NCBI GenBank assembly: GCA_963625795.1
Contig: CAVFUJ010000001.1
Location: 1,686 to 65,685 of the forward strand
DNA from: Anaerovoracaceae bacterium
Lineage (GTDB): Archaea; Thermoplasmatota; Thermoplasmata; Methanomassiliicoccales; Methanomethylophilaceae
Length of the DNA: 64,000 nt
Reading direction: 5' to 3'
The translations under genes and the position numbers were made by a program. Below the pieces are notes generated by a model. That model saw nothing but the letters and a program-made list of their open reading frames with translations, was not told the DNA's origin and did no database searches. Below, one piece after another: positions 36,031-45,550 of this stretch (its first letter is position 1; every line of letters begins with the position of its first letter).

Positions 36031-36954
36031 ATGCAAACCCCGACTGTAAAACCGATTAAGGCCGGATGGTGGAATGTACTCAGGCCGTGGACGTTACACG
36101 GAGCTGTCGTACCCGCACTGATAGGCGGTGTAATGGCATTCCAACACATCGACCGCAGCCTGACGGATGCGTTGGTCTTCATACTGATTGTGATAGGATC
36201 GTGTCTCTTTCAGATTGCAGCCAACATTCTGAACACGTACGGGGATTTCGTAAAGGGAACGGACACCGTAGAGAACGAAACAAGATCTCCCGAATTGGTC
36301 ACGGGAGTACTGAAACCGAAAGATGTTCTCAAAGCGGGAATTATCTGTATTGCGGCAATCTGTATCATCGGAATCATCCTGATGTTTCACGTAGGCATCG
36401 GACTGATGATTTACGGAGTAATCGGCTTACTCGGAGTCACGATGTACACCACCGGCGCATCCTACAAATACCACGGTCTGGGTCAGTTATCTATCTTCAT
36501 CAACTTCGGTATTCTCATGCCGATGGGAACATACTACGTTCTCACGGGAGATTTCTTCTCGTGGGATGTTCTGTTACTCAGTCTTCCCAACGCATTCATG
36601 ATTACGGCCGTCCTGGCAGGTAACGAAGTCCGTGACTACAAAGACGATAAGGAGGCAGGCGTAGGCACACTCATCGGACGTATGTCCTATGAAAACGGAA
36701 TGAAAATGTATCTTATCGAATCGTTGATTTCATTCCCGATTCTGATAATTTTGGTGATAATCGGAAAAGCACCTGTACTCTGTCTGCTGGCGTTGCTGTC
36801 CCTGTACGACGCATACATCCTTTACGCAAATTCGAAGAAAGCACCTTCGGACAAGCATGCAAATTTCATGCTTGTGCCGTTATGTTTCAAACTGAATTGG
36901 CATTTCGGCGTTCTGATGGTCGCAGGTTATTTGATATGGATTCTCATTCCGTGA
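36031..36954 (+). CDS. menA: UbiA-superfamily prenyltransferase, MenA/UBIAD1-type (1,4-dihydroxy-2-naphthoate polyprenyltransferase-like)
   Basis: WWNVLRPWTL, a first Asp-rich motif NTYGDFVKGTD (UBIAD1-like NTYxDFxKGxD), YKYHGLGQ, and a second motif NEVRDYKDDKEAGVGTL. Confidence 0.75.
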   Translation: MQTPTVKPIKAGWWNVLRPWTLHGAVVPALIGGVMAFQHIDRSLTDALVFILIVIGSCLFQIAANILNTYGDFVKGTDTVENETRSPELVTGVLKPKDVLKAGIICIAAICIIGIILMFHVGIGLMIYGVIGLLGVTMYTTGASYKYHGLGQLSIFINFGILMPMGTYYVLTGDFFSWDVLLLSLPNAFMITAVLAGNEVRDYKDDKEAGVGTLIGRMSYENGMKMYLIESLISFPILIILVIIGKAPVLCLLALLSLYDAYILYANSKKAPSDKHANFMLVPLCFKLNWHFGVLMVAGYLIWILIP

Positions 36955-36968
36955 TTTGAGGTGGCACC

Positions 36969-37721
36969 GTGGCAGAGGAACTGAAGGGCAACCAATTCGA
37001 AGGCAAGGGCGAATACGTCGTAGACGTTTTCGAGGAAATCGCCGAATATTACGACAAAATGAACGGTATAATGTCCATCGGCATGGTCAAAGGATGGCAC
37101 AAATTCATGTTCAAGAAAGCCGGAGACATCACAGGCAAGAAAGTATGCGATGTCGGATGCGGTACCGGTGAAATTTCATTCATGGCGGCGGAAAGAGTCG
37201 GCAAAGACGGAGAAGTTATCGGAGTCGACATCACACCCGGAATGCTTGCAATGGCCAAGAAGAAAATGGCCGACCTGAATCTTCCCAAAGACGTTGATTT
37301 CCGTGTGGGAGACGCTCTCAACATGGAATTTGAAGACAATTCCTTCGATCTCGTCACATCGGGATACATGCTCAGAAACGTCACCGACATTCAGAAAGCG
37401 GTATGCGAAATGCACAGAATCCTCAGACCCGGAGGAAAATGCATTGTTGCGGAACTCTCCAAGCCCAAGAACAGGATTCTCCTGTTCGGATACAACATCT
37501 ACGTGTTCCACATCGTGCCGTTCTTCGGAAGGAGATACGACAAAGGAAAGAAGATTGACGGAAAACAGCCTGCGTACGATTGGCTGACATCCTCACTCGA
37601 AGGATTCCCCCACGGAAACGACATGGTCGCTATCTTCAGGAAAGCGGGATTCAACGACGCAAAATTCTACGTCAAATCCATGGGTGCCGTGAACATCTAC
37701 GTCGCGACGAAGGATCAGTGA
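36969..37721 (+). CDS. ubiE: UbiE/MenG demethylmenaquinone/ubiquinone C-methyltransferase
   Basis: VFEEIAEYYDKMNGIMSIG, SAM motif VCDVGCGTGE, GYMLRNVTD and RILRPGG. GTG start. Confidence 0.85.
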   Translation: MAEELKGNQFEGKGEYVVDVFEEIAEYYDKMNGIMSIGMVKGWHKFMFKKAGDITGKKVCDVGCGTGEISFMAAERVGKDGEVIGVDITPGMLAMAKKKMADLNLPKDVDFRVGDALNMEFEDNSFDLVTSGYMLRNVTDIQKAVCEMHRILRPGGKCIVAELSKPKNRILLFGYNIYVFHIVPFFGRRYDKGKKIDGKQPAYDWLTSSLEGFPHGNDMVAIFRKAGFNDAKFYVKSMGAVNIYVATKDQ

Positions 37722-38299
37722 GATTCCTTCCACTCGCGGCAGATGTCCGCGAAATTCTGGAACATCTGTTCTCCGTATTCGGTGTGTTCTACCTCGGGGT
37801 GGAACTGCACTGCGTAGATAGGTCTCGTTTTACAGCGGACCGCTTCCACGGGACATGTGGGAGATGTCGCAATCAGATCGAATCCTTCGGGAACGGCTTT
37901 CACTTCATCGTTGTGTGAAGCCCATGCGGTTATCTCCGAAGGAATTCCTCTGAAAATGTCGCTGTTGTCGAGAATTTTAAGATCTACTTTGCTGAACTCG
38001 GGATTCTGTGCGGGGCCCAACGTGGAACCGAAATGCTCACAGGTAAACTGCATTCCCGCGCAGATACCGAAGATCGGGAAATCCGCTTTGTCGAGATATT
38101 CTCCGTTGTTGCCCATAGCGTCCGCTTCGGTAGCTACGGAAGGGGAACCTCCCGAAAGCACGAGTCCGTCGACTTCGTCTTTAATCTCATCGAACGGAGT
38201 GGTATTCGGAATTATCTTGGTCTCGACATCTAGATATCTGAGCACACGCCACTCGCGGTGTGTCCATTGGCCTCCGTTATCCACTACGTAGATCCTCAT
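37715..38299 (-). CDS. guaAA: GMP synthase subunit A (glutamine amidotransferase)
   Basis: MRIYVVDNGGQWTHREWR, GICAGMQ (catalytic Cys) and QFHPEVEHT. ATG 38299 is preferred over the track start 38386. Confidence 0.9.
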   Translation of the reverse strand: MRIYVVDNGGQWTHREWRVLRYLDVETKIIPNTTPFDEIKDEVDGLVLSGGSPSVATEADAMGNNGEYLDKADFPIFGICAGMQFTCEHFGSTLGPAQNPEFSKVDLKILDNSDIFRGIPSEITAWASHNDEVKAVPEGFDLIATSPTCPVEAVRCKTRPIYAVQFHPEVEHTEYGEQMFQNFADICREWKESH

Positions 38300-38367
38300 T
38301 GTTATGCCCAATCCGAGGTTTCGTATAAATATATCATCCCGACCGATGTTTAAACATCGGTCCGAAA

Positions 38368-39264
38368 TCAGGGTTTCATACACCACGTGAGCATATTGTC
38401 TGCGGCATCATGTGCGATTCTGCCTTTACTCTCAAGCCACGAAAGATACGAACGTACCGTACTGCTTATCAGAACATACTCTTCCATCGTCATTCTGAGA
38501 CTGTAATCGTCGAAAATTCTCTTCACGACGGATTCCGTGGAAATCGGTGTTTTACAAATCTCAGTGATATGATCCGCAACATCCAAAGTCGCATCGATAT
38601 TGTACTGTGCCAGCTCGGAAATATCTTCGGTAGCCTCAACGTGTGCGGGTATAAACATAGATGCCTTCATGTCCTTCACGGTTTTCAGCGTAGAAAGATA
38701 GGATTCGATATCGTAGACGTATCCGATGGTGTATTTCTTCAGTGTTTCGACACTTGACAGACAGTCCGCAAGGAATACGGTGTCATCGGATGTTCTGTAT
38801 CCCACCATGCCGGGAGAATGTCCGGGAAGAGATATCGAAGAGAGATTCTTCGGAAGAACATTATCTGTAAGATATTCACAGTCGCTGTCCTGTGCCATCA
38901 GGAATTTGTGACAGAGACTTTCCATCGGAGACCCTCCGTACAGGAAAGAAGGTTCCAATATCGTATGACGTGCGAATACGCATTCAATCTCAGGAAGATA
39001 CGCTTTACAGCCGGTCTGCGACTGAAGATATCTGTTTCCGCCTACGTGATCGGCATGGAAATGTGTGTTGTATATCGCAGTCAGATGCCATCCGTTTTTG
39101 TCAAGAATCTGCCTTACTTTACGTCCGGCCTCTTTGTCGTTACCGCTGTCTATCAGGCACACGCTGTCATCATTCAGTTTCACCAATCCGATCTTCGCCG
39201 GATTCTGAATGTAATAACAATTCTCAGACACCTGCACCAATTCGAACATTGAATCCTCTGTCAC
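38368..39264 (-). CDS. MBL-fold metallo-hydrolase
   Basis: Canonical THFHADHVGG motif. 298 aa. Confidence 0.8.
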   Translation of the reverse strand: MTEDSMFELVQVSENCYYIQNPAKIGLVKLNDDSVCLIDSGNDKEAGRKVRQILDKNGWHLTAIYNTHFHADHVGGNRYLQSQTGCKAYLPEIECVFARHTILEPSFLYGGSPMESLCHKFLMAQDSDCEYLTDNVLPKNLSSISLPGHSPGMVGYRTSDDTVFLADCLSSVETLKKYTIGYVYDIESYLSTLKTVKDMKASMFIPAHVEATEDISELAQYNIDATLDVADHITEICKTPISTESVVKRIFDDYSLRMTMEEYVLISSTVRSYLSWLESKGRIAHDAADNMLTWCMKP

Positions 39265-39383
39265 GGTAATTACAGAAGACGATATAATCGTTGGTTATCC
39301 GAAAATGATATTCTTTTTATTAAAAACCGAAGAATACAATCCGTTTAACGCCTCTTAAATAGACATACCCGAATGTTAACACC

Positions 39384-40763
39384 ATGGCGAAGTACATCTG
39401 CACCGTATGCGGAGAGGTATATGACGAAGAGAAGGAAGGTATACCTTTCACCGAACTTCCCGAGGATTGGGTCTGTCCGTTGTGCAATATGCCCAAGGAA
39501 AAATACCGCTCTGCGGACGGATGTACTCCGCCCCCGGATACAATCGGTTTGGAACTTGATTCTGATTTAATAAAAGAAGGCGACAGTGTTCTCGATGAAA
39601 TCAGACATATGTCATACACCGGAAAGAATCTCACCGAAGCCATGGAAACTCTTCTCCCTGTACCGGATTTCTCCGAAATTCTGATTCTCGGTTCGCAGTT
39701 GGCGGTGAAACCGTTGGAAGAGAGTGACAATGTCTCTTTACGCACAATTATCGGTAAAAAAGCAAAACATCCGATGATTATCGAAATGCCTGTGTACATC
39801 TCGCACATGAGTTTCGGTGCACTGTCGATGAGTGCGAAAATCGCTCTTGCGAAAGGAAGTTCCGCAGTAAAGACGGCAATGTGCAGCGGAGAAGGCGGCG
39901 TACTCGCAGATGAAATGGTGAATTCGTACAGATACATCTTCGAATACGTCCCGAACAGGTACAGTGTGAACGATTCCACATTCGAAGGATGCGATGCGGT
40001 TGAAATCAAAATAGGTCAGGGGACCAAACCGGGTATGGGCGGACATCTTCCCGGAAAGAAAGTCACGGAAACAATAGCGAAAATGAGAGGAAAGAAAGAA
40101 GGAGAAGACATCCTGAGTCCTGCATCCTTCCCCGGGATCGAGACACCGAAAAATCTGAGAGAACTGATTGAGACTCTGCGTGAAAGAACCGAAGGAAAAC
40201 CTATAGGTGTGAAAATCGCCGCAGGACATATTGAGGATGATTTGGAATTTATTTCGAAATCGGGCTGTGATTTCATAACAATCGACGGCCGCGGAGGAGC
40301 TACGGGTTCATCTCCCAAATTCCTGAAGGATAACAGTTCCGTTCCCACCGTGTACGCATTGGCAAGAGCCAGAAGGTACATGGATGAACATAAAATGAAA
40401 CAGGATCTTGTCATCACGGGAGGATTCCGTACCGGCGGCGACATAGTAAAAGCGATTGCGATGGGCGCGGATGCGGTTGCATTGGCATCCGCACCGCTGA
40501 TGGCGTTGGGATGTCAGAGATACAGAATCTGCGATTCCGGAAGATGTCCTATGGGAATAGCAACACAGGGTCCGGAATTGGAAAAACGTCTTGACATCAA
40601 TACGGGTGCGAAGCGTGTAGCAAACTTCCTCAGTGCATTATCGGAACAGCTGAGAACGTTCGCAAGGATCACAGGTAACAACGACATCCATGATCTGGGT
40701 CTTGACGATTTATGTACGGTTAATGAAGAAATCTCCGCCGTCACGGGCATAAAGCACGCGTGA
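39384..40763 (+). CDS. Rubredoxin-fused FMN-binding glutamate synthase domain-2-like protein
   Basis: N-terminal YICTVCGEVYD...DWVCPLCNMPK (rubredoxin CxxC x2). The remainder has GQGTKPGMGGHLPG, ITIDGRGGATG and ITGGFRTGGD, typical of GltB FMN-domain proteins. Confidence 0.8.
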   Translation: MAKYICTVCGEVYDEEKEGIPFTELPEDWVCPLCNMPKEKYRSADGCTPPPDTIGLELDSDLIKEGDSVLDEIRHMSYTGKNLTEAMETLLPVPDFSEILILGSQLAVKPLEESDNVSLRTIIGKKAKHPMIIEMPVYISHMSFGALSMSAKIALAKGSSAVKTAMCSGEGGVLADEMVNSYRYIFEYVPNRYSVNDSTFEGCDAVEIKIGQGTKPGMGGHLPGKKVTETIAKMRGKKEGEDILSPASFPGIETPKNLRELIETLRERTEGKPIGVKIAAGHIEDDLEFISKSGCDFITIDGRGGATGSSPKFLKDNSSVPTVYALARARRYMDEHKMKQDLVITGGFRTGGDIVKAIAMGADAVALASAPLMALGCQRYRICDSGRCPMGIATQGPELEKRLDINTGAKRVANFLSALSEQLRTFARITGNNDIHDLGLDDLCTVNEEISAVTGIKHA

Positions 40764-40779
40764 CGGCGGAAAGGAAAAA

Positions 40780-41727
40780 TCACTCCCACTCGATGGTCGC
40801 CGGGGGCTTGTTTGTAATATCGTACACAACACGGTTGACCTGATCCTTCATCGTATTGGTGATACGCCTTGATATTTTATCGAGAATCGCAAGAGGAATC
40901 ATTGAGAATTCCGCGGTCATCGCATCGAGAGATGACACCGCACGTACGACGATAGTTCTTCCGTATGCTCTCCTGTCTCCCTGCACTCCGACCGATTTGG
41001 AAGGAAGAAGCGCCGCGAAGTACTGCCAGGGCATTTCCATCTTACCGTCTGCGACTGCTTTCTGTATCTCATCTTCAACGATGAAACATGCCTCACGTAC
41101 AATCCCGATATTCTCAGGTGTAACTTCTCCCAGACACCTTACGGCGAGTCCGGGTCCCGGGAACGGCTGTCTCTCTGATGCTTTTACGCCCAGAAGCCTT
41201 GCGACCGCTCTTACTTCGTCTTTGTACAGATCGCGGAGAGGTTCGCAGAGTTCCATTCCCATGTCTTTGGGAAGTCCTCCGACGTTGTGGTGCGATTTGA
41301 TGGTGTCACGGACGCCGTCACCCGATTCGATCCAATCAGGTGCAATCGTACCCTGCACGAGATATTTCGCTTCGAAGACTTTCGCTTCCCTCTCGAAGAC
41401 ACGGATGAATTTCTCTCCGATTATCTTCCTCTTGGCTTCGGGATCCGTTACGCCTTTCAGTGCCTCGAAGTATTCCGCGCTTGCATCGATAATCTTGAAA
41501 TTGACACCCATGTCCTGAAGCATACCGCGGACCTCGTCGGTCTCGCCTTTCCTCATCATTCCCGTGTCGACATAAACCGCCAGTAATCTGTCGCCTATCG
41601 CTTTGCTTGCGATGACTGCTGCCACCATACTGTCGACGCCGCCGGAACATGCGATAATCGCTTTACCTTTAATCTGTTCCGCGACGGATTTCACATGCTC
41701 CTCGACGAATCTGTCTGCTTTAAACAT
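40780..41727 (-). CDS. guaAB: GMP synthase subunit B (ATP pyrophosphatase)
   Basis: P-loop [16 protein letters not shown] and C-terminal KPPATIEWE. Confidence 0.9.
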   Translation of the reverse strand: MFKADRFVEEHVKSVAEQIKGKAIIACSGGVDSMVAAVIASKAIGDRLLAVYVDTGMMRKGETDEVRGMLQDMGVNFKIIDASAEYFEALKGVTDPEAKRKIIGEKFIRVFEREAKVFEAKYLVQGTIAPDWIESGDGVRDTIKSHHNVGGLPKDMGMELCEPLRDLYKDEVRAVARLLGVKASERQPFPGPGLAVRCLGEVTPENIGIVREACFIVEDEIQKAVADGKMEMPWQYFAALLPSKSVGVQGDRRAYGRTIVVRAVSSLDAMTAEFSMIPLAILDKISRRITNTMKDQVNRVVYDITNKPPATIEWE

Positions 41728-42190
41728 CGGCTACACCTTCTGAATCCGCGATGACTCTGTCAGCCATCTCTTTCCTGTAATCCGCCAGTTTTTTGGATAA
41801 TCCTTCATCGGATATGCTCAGCATCTGTATTGCCAACACCGCTGCATTGTCTCCTCTGTCGAGACCTACCGTCGCAACGGGTATTCCCGGGGGCATCTGA
41901 ACTATCGACAGCAATGCATCGAGATTCATCTTACCGCTGGCCGGTACGCCTATGACAGGTTTGGTAGTAAACGAAGCGACAACTCCCGGAAGAGCTGCGG
42001 CCAATCCGGCTATTGCGATGAATACGGATGCATCCGAGGATGCGACCAATTCCTCCACCCTGTGAGGTGTCCTGTGAGCGGAAGCGATCACAACTCTGTA
42101 ACTGACATCGAATTTCTTCAGCAATGCCGTCGCCTTCTCGGCAACGGGGAGATCGCTCTTGCTTCCCATAATTATGAGGATATCTGGCAT
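41720..42190 (-). CDS. purE: N5-CAIR mutase / AIR carboxylase PurE
   Basis: [19 protein letters not shown] and [16 protein letters not shown] 42190 is preferred (TATA-like CTTTATTATCTG about 35 nt upstream). Confidence 0.9.
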   Translation of the reverse strand: MPDILIIMGSKSDLPVAEKATALLKKFDVSYRVVIASAHRTPHRVEELVASSDASVFIAIAGLAAALPGVVASFTTKPVIGVPASGKMNLDALLSIVQMPPGIPVATVGLDRGDNAAVLAIQMLSISDEGLSKKLADYRKEMADRVIADSEGVADV

Positions 42191-42450
42191 CGTCGTTGAG
42201 GATGTTATCACAGATAATAAAGTGTTCTATGCTCCGTATACGGCATGATGGATATTGCATCCATACGCCATCACACCGTATTTTACAAACATTCGGATTT
42301 AAATAAGATAAAGAATGAAGAAAACGGTAATACCGACGGCTTAAAATTATATACTGAGTGATAACAGGATATAAACTTCTCCATAACTTTTTTATATGAA
42401 ACATTAGTATAGGTGACCCGGACAACGTCAAGGTTACGGATTGTCAGTCG

Positions 42451-42720
42451 GTGGTTCTCGTGGAGTTTCTGGGTGTAGTTGAGACTGTCTCCGGCGAAGG
42501 AAGATTCGTCGTGAAGGCAGAAACCGCTCCGGAAGCCGGCGAGCAGATCTTCGATGAGAAAGGATCCGCAATCGGGACTGTTAAACGCATTTTCGGCCCG
42601 GTAGACGGCCCGTATGTGACAGTATCGTCACGCGAGGGTACGTCATTGGATGGGATAGTCGGGAAGAAGGTTTTTTACAGGGGAGAGAACAGACATGGTA
42701 AAACCAAAAGAAAGCACTGA
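42451..42720 (+). CDS. gar1: H/ACA RNP component Gar1
   Basis: [10 protein letters not shown]...[26 protein letters not shown] pattern. GTG start. It overlaps tfb by 26 nt, matching the conserved gar1-tfb arrangement. Confidence 0.75.
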   Translation: MVLVEFLGVVETVSGEGRFVVKAETAPEAGEQIFDEKGSAIGTVKRIFGPVDGPYVTVSSREGTSLDGIVGKKVFYRGENRHGKTKRKH

Positions 42721-43627
42721 GGAAATCGAGAAATGTCCTGAGTGCGGAAGTAAACACCTAGTCCGCGATTATGAAAGAGGAGAACTGACCTGTGAGGACT
42801 GCGGCCTCGTTATCGACGACCAGTTCATAGATCAGGGACCTGAATGGAGGGCGTTCGATGTCGAGCAGGGAGAGAAGAGGGCACGTACCGGCGCTCCCAT
42901 GACATACACCATCCACGACAAGGGACTGTCCACGGAAATCTCATGGAAGAACAAGGACAGTTACGGAAAGAGCATCCCCACAAGGAACAGAGCACAGCTC
43001 TACAGGCTCAGGAAATGGCAGAGAAGAATCCGTGTCTCGAACGCTACGGAGAGGAACCTTGCATTCGCACTGTCCGAGTTGGACAGGATGGCATCCGCAA
43101 TGGGTCTTCCCAGAAACGTAAGGGAAACGGCCGCCATGATTTACAGGAAAGCCGTCAACAAAAATCTGATCAGAGGACGTTCCATCGAAGGTGTCGTTGC
43201 AGCTTCGCTTTACGCAGCATGCAGGCAGTGCGGTGTCCCCAGGACTCTTGATGAAGTTGCCAACTCAAGCCGTGTCGGAAGGAAAGAAATCGGAAGGACC
43301 TACCGTTTCATGACACGTGAGCTCAAACTGAAGCTCATGCCCACGAAACCTCAGGACTATGTGCAGAGATTCTGTTCCGAACTCAAACTGAGCGGTGAGG
43401 TTCAGACTAAAGCCGCGGAAATCCTCAAGGATGCATCCGAGAAAGAACTCACATCGGGCCGCGGACCTACGGGAGTAGCCGCAGCTGCGATTTACATCTC
43501 ATCGATTCTCTGCAACGAGAGAAGAACTCAGAGAGAAGTCGCGGATGTTGCGGGTGTGACCGAAGTCACCATCAGAAACAGATACAAGGAACTCACCGAG
43601 AAACTCGGAATCGAGATTCAGCTCTGA
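42695..43627 (+). CDS. tfb: Transcription initiation factor TFB (TFIIB)
   Basis: Zn ribbon CPECGS...CEDCG, a B-reader, and two cyclin repeats. 310 aa. Confidence 0.95.
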   Translation: MVKPKESTEEIEKCPECGSKHLVRDYERGELTCEDCGLVIDDQFIDQGPEWRAFDVEQGEKRARTGAPMTYTIHDKGLSTEISWKNKDSYGKSIPTRNRAQLYRLRKWQRRIRVSNATERNLAFALSELDRMASAMGLPRNVRETAAMIYRKAVNKNLIRGRSIEGVVAASLYAACRQCGVPRTLDEVANSSRVGRKEIGRTYRFMTRELKLKLMPTKPQDYVQRFCSELKLSGEVQTKAAEILKDASEKELTSGRGPTGVAAAAIYISSILCNERRTQREVADVAGVTEVTIRNRYKELTEKLGIEIQL

Positions 43628-43635
43628 AACATCAT

Positions 43636-43662
43636 CCCGGACTGTATTCGGTACAGTCCGGG
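43636..43662. terminator. Bidirectional 11-bp hairpin between convergent tfb and endA
   Basis: CCCGGACTGTA-TTCGG-TACAGTCCGGG, a perfect stem. Confidence 0.55.
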
Positions 43663-43712
43663 AACATATATTCTTAATAAATTATCAAAAAAAGAAGCAG
43701 TCTGTTCCCGGA

Positions 43713-44765
43713 TTACGGTCTGAACCATCTGAATTCCAGATATTCGATATCCTTTCCGACTCTGCAGAACAGGAATTCTTTCTTTACACCGCCCGAAAGC
43801 CTTACCGCACGGGATATTTCCGGCCACATTGTTCTTTCGGAGGCATCGACTGCATGCATCAGATATCTTGCGTGGCAGTCGTCGGGAGATCCTTCGTACG
43901 CCCTGAAATGTGTACCGTACTTGAAACCTGTCTTTACAACCAATCCCCTGGATCTTGCATCCGTGTATGCTTTCAGCCTGAGATCGAATTCATCCTGAAT
44001 CTCTCTTCCGAAGTCTTTCAGTTCTTTGAGTGTCATTTTCTTCTCTGTAACAGAGGAAATGACTTTCAGCTGTCCGCGGTCCATGAGATAACATGCCTCA
44101 ATAAGAGACAACTGCATCACATTCTCGATTGTTTTTCCGTAAAAACCCGATTCGTAAACGATTGCGGAATCTGCGGAATCGAAAATGAAAACCCTGTCGC
44201 GGATTAAACGTCCGGATACTCTCTGCACGCCGTCTTTCGGCATGACTTCTCCTTTCGGGTCGCGGTGCATCATCTTGTAGTAGACGATATCTCCTTCTTC
44301 ATCCACAACACCGTAAAGCAGAGTCTTTCCTTTGTCCTCTGTTTCGGATACTTCGCCGGAAAAACTTCCGATATCGAACGCAGTACGTTCGGAGACAGCC
44401 CTCACCATATAAATCGGACGGGAGTTGCTCATGGTCATTCCTCTCGGGAACACAGACATATCGAATGTTCCCGATTCCACCTTAACAACCAATCCCCTGG
44501 ATCTGATGTCGCGGTATACCATATACTTGATATCGAAATCCGATAAAACCGAAGAAGCGTGATTGAATAATTCCTCGAAAGCGAGTGATTCGCCTTTGTG
44601 AACAACTTCCAGTCTTTTGCTTTCAAGAAGATATGCCCCTTCCATGAGGTCCAATTCCAGGCCTCCGCCTCTCATCGGGTAGCCGTAGTTTCCTCTGTTG
44701 TAGAGTCTGCTGCCTTCGGCCTGATCCTTTATCACGATGACATCGTCCCTCAATTCGCCGGACAT
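43713..44765 (-). CDS. endA: tRNA-splicing endonuclease EndA (duplicated, about 350-aa homodimer type)
   Basis: Two repeats of the YRDIRSRGLVVK / YTDARSRGLVVKTGFKYGTHFRAYEG signature. Confidence 0.9.
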   Translation of the reverse strand: MSGELRDDVIVIKDQAEGSRLYNRGNYGYPMRGGGLELDLMEGAYLLESKRLEVVHKGESLAFEELFNHASSVLSDFDIKYMVYRDIRSRGLVVKVESGTFDMSVFPRGMTMSNSRPIYMVRAVSERTAFDIGSFSGEVSETEDKGKTLLYGVVDEEGDIVYYKMMHRDPKGEVMPKDGVQRVSGRLIRDRVFIFDSADSAIVYESGFYGKTIENVMQLSLIEACYLMDRGQLKVISSVTEKKMTLKELKDFGREIQDEFDLRLKAYTDARSRGLVVKTGFKYGTHFRAYEGSPDDCHARYLMHAVDASERTMWPEISRAVRLSGGVKKEFLFCRVGKDIEYLEFRWFRP

Positions 44766-44865
44766 CGTCCGTATTACAGGAAGATTCTATTTATCGGTTC
44801 GTACAGGCCAGACGGAATTTTACCGGCTGTTTGTCGGATTGTTACATACAACAATACCGTATCAG

Positions 44866-44923
44866 TAGTTAACTATATATAAAAGAACAAACTAATACGT
44901 AGTAGTTAACCAACAGTTAACAA
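44866..44923 (+). promoter_or_regulatory. Three GTTAAC-centred sites flanking the TATA box of the ArsR-type gene
   Basis: TAGTTAACTA (44866-44875, a perfect 10-bp palindrome abutting TATATATAAAAG), TAGTTAACCA (44903-44912) and CAGTTAACAA (44914-44923). Centre spacings are 37 and 11 bp. Confidence 0.5.
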
Positions 44924-44935
44924 CCGAGTGATACG

Positions 44936-45550
44936 ATGATGGATTTGGATGTCCTGCTTTCAATGGTCGAGAACCCGACCAGACGCAAGATACTGGGGTC
45001 TTTGGTGAAAATGCCCCGCTATCCTCTGCAGCTGTCGAAGGAACTGGGCATAAGCCAGCAGGCCGTAATGAAGAATCTGTCCGTATTGAAAAAGAACGGA
45101 ATGGTGGTCAGCTACCGCGAGAGCAGTTCCATGGGTCCCGACAGGATCGTATACGAACCGAGCTCGGAGTTCACACTGATAATAGACATGAGAAACGGAA
45201 TGTTCTCCGCAAGAATGATCGAGCCGGAAGGCGAGAAGAAAGATGTCGATGTCGACAACCTCAGAAACATGAGGGAAAAAATCAACGAAATCGACACCAA
45301 ACTCGGTCAGCTTGAGAAAGAATATTCGGAACTCATCAGGGAAAGAGAATCGATTCTCTCCTCTGTGATCTCCGTACAGGACGGATACGTAAGGAAAAAT
45401 CTCGCATACGAGCTGCTGAACAAACCGAACAGGTCCGTGGAACAGCTTTCCGAGGATCTCAACGTGCGTTCGGACGTCATCAGGGACATGATAGACGACA
45501 TCGAAAAAACAATCAGAGTCAGCAAAGAAGGTGAGAAGGATGAGCAATGA
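44936..45550 (+). CDS. ArsR-type winged-helix protein with C-terminal coiled coil
   Basis: [46 protein letters not shown], then a heptad-like [26 protein letters not shown]. The 3' end overlaps the cdc48 start by 11 nt. Confidence 0.7.
   Translation: MMDLDVLLSMVENPTRRKILGSLVKMPRYPLQLSKELGISQQAVMKNLSVLKKNGMVVSYRESSSMGPDRIVYEPSSEFTLIIDMRNGMFSARMIEPEGEKKDVDVDNLRNMREKINEIDTKLGQLEKEYSELIRERESILSSVISVQDGYVRKNLAYELLNKPNRSVEQLSEDLNVRSDVIRDMIDDIEKTIRVSKEGEKDEQ

Noticed and set aside
42234-42386. Possible box C/D or H/ACA sRNA next to gar1 (ATGATGG at about 42255, CTGA at about 42354, ACA triplets after a small hairpin).
   Set aside because: The C-box candidate ends in G rather than A. The C-to-D distance of about 95 nt is too long. 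No C'/D' pair was found. The hairpin is far too small for a pseudouridylation pocket with a K-loop.
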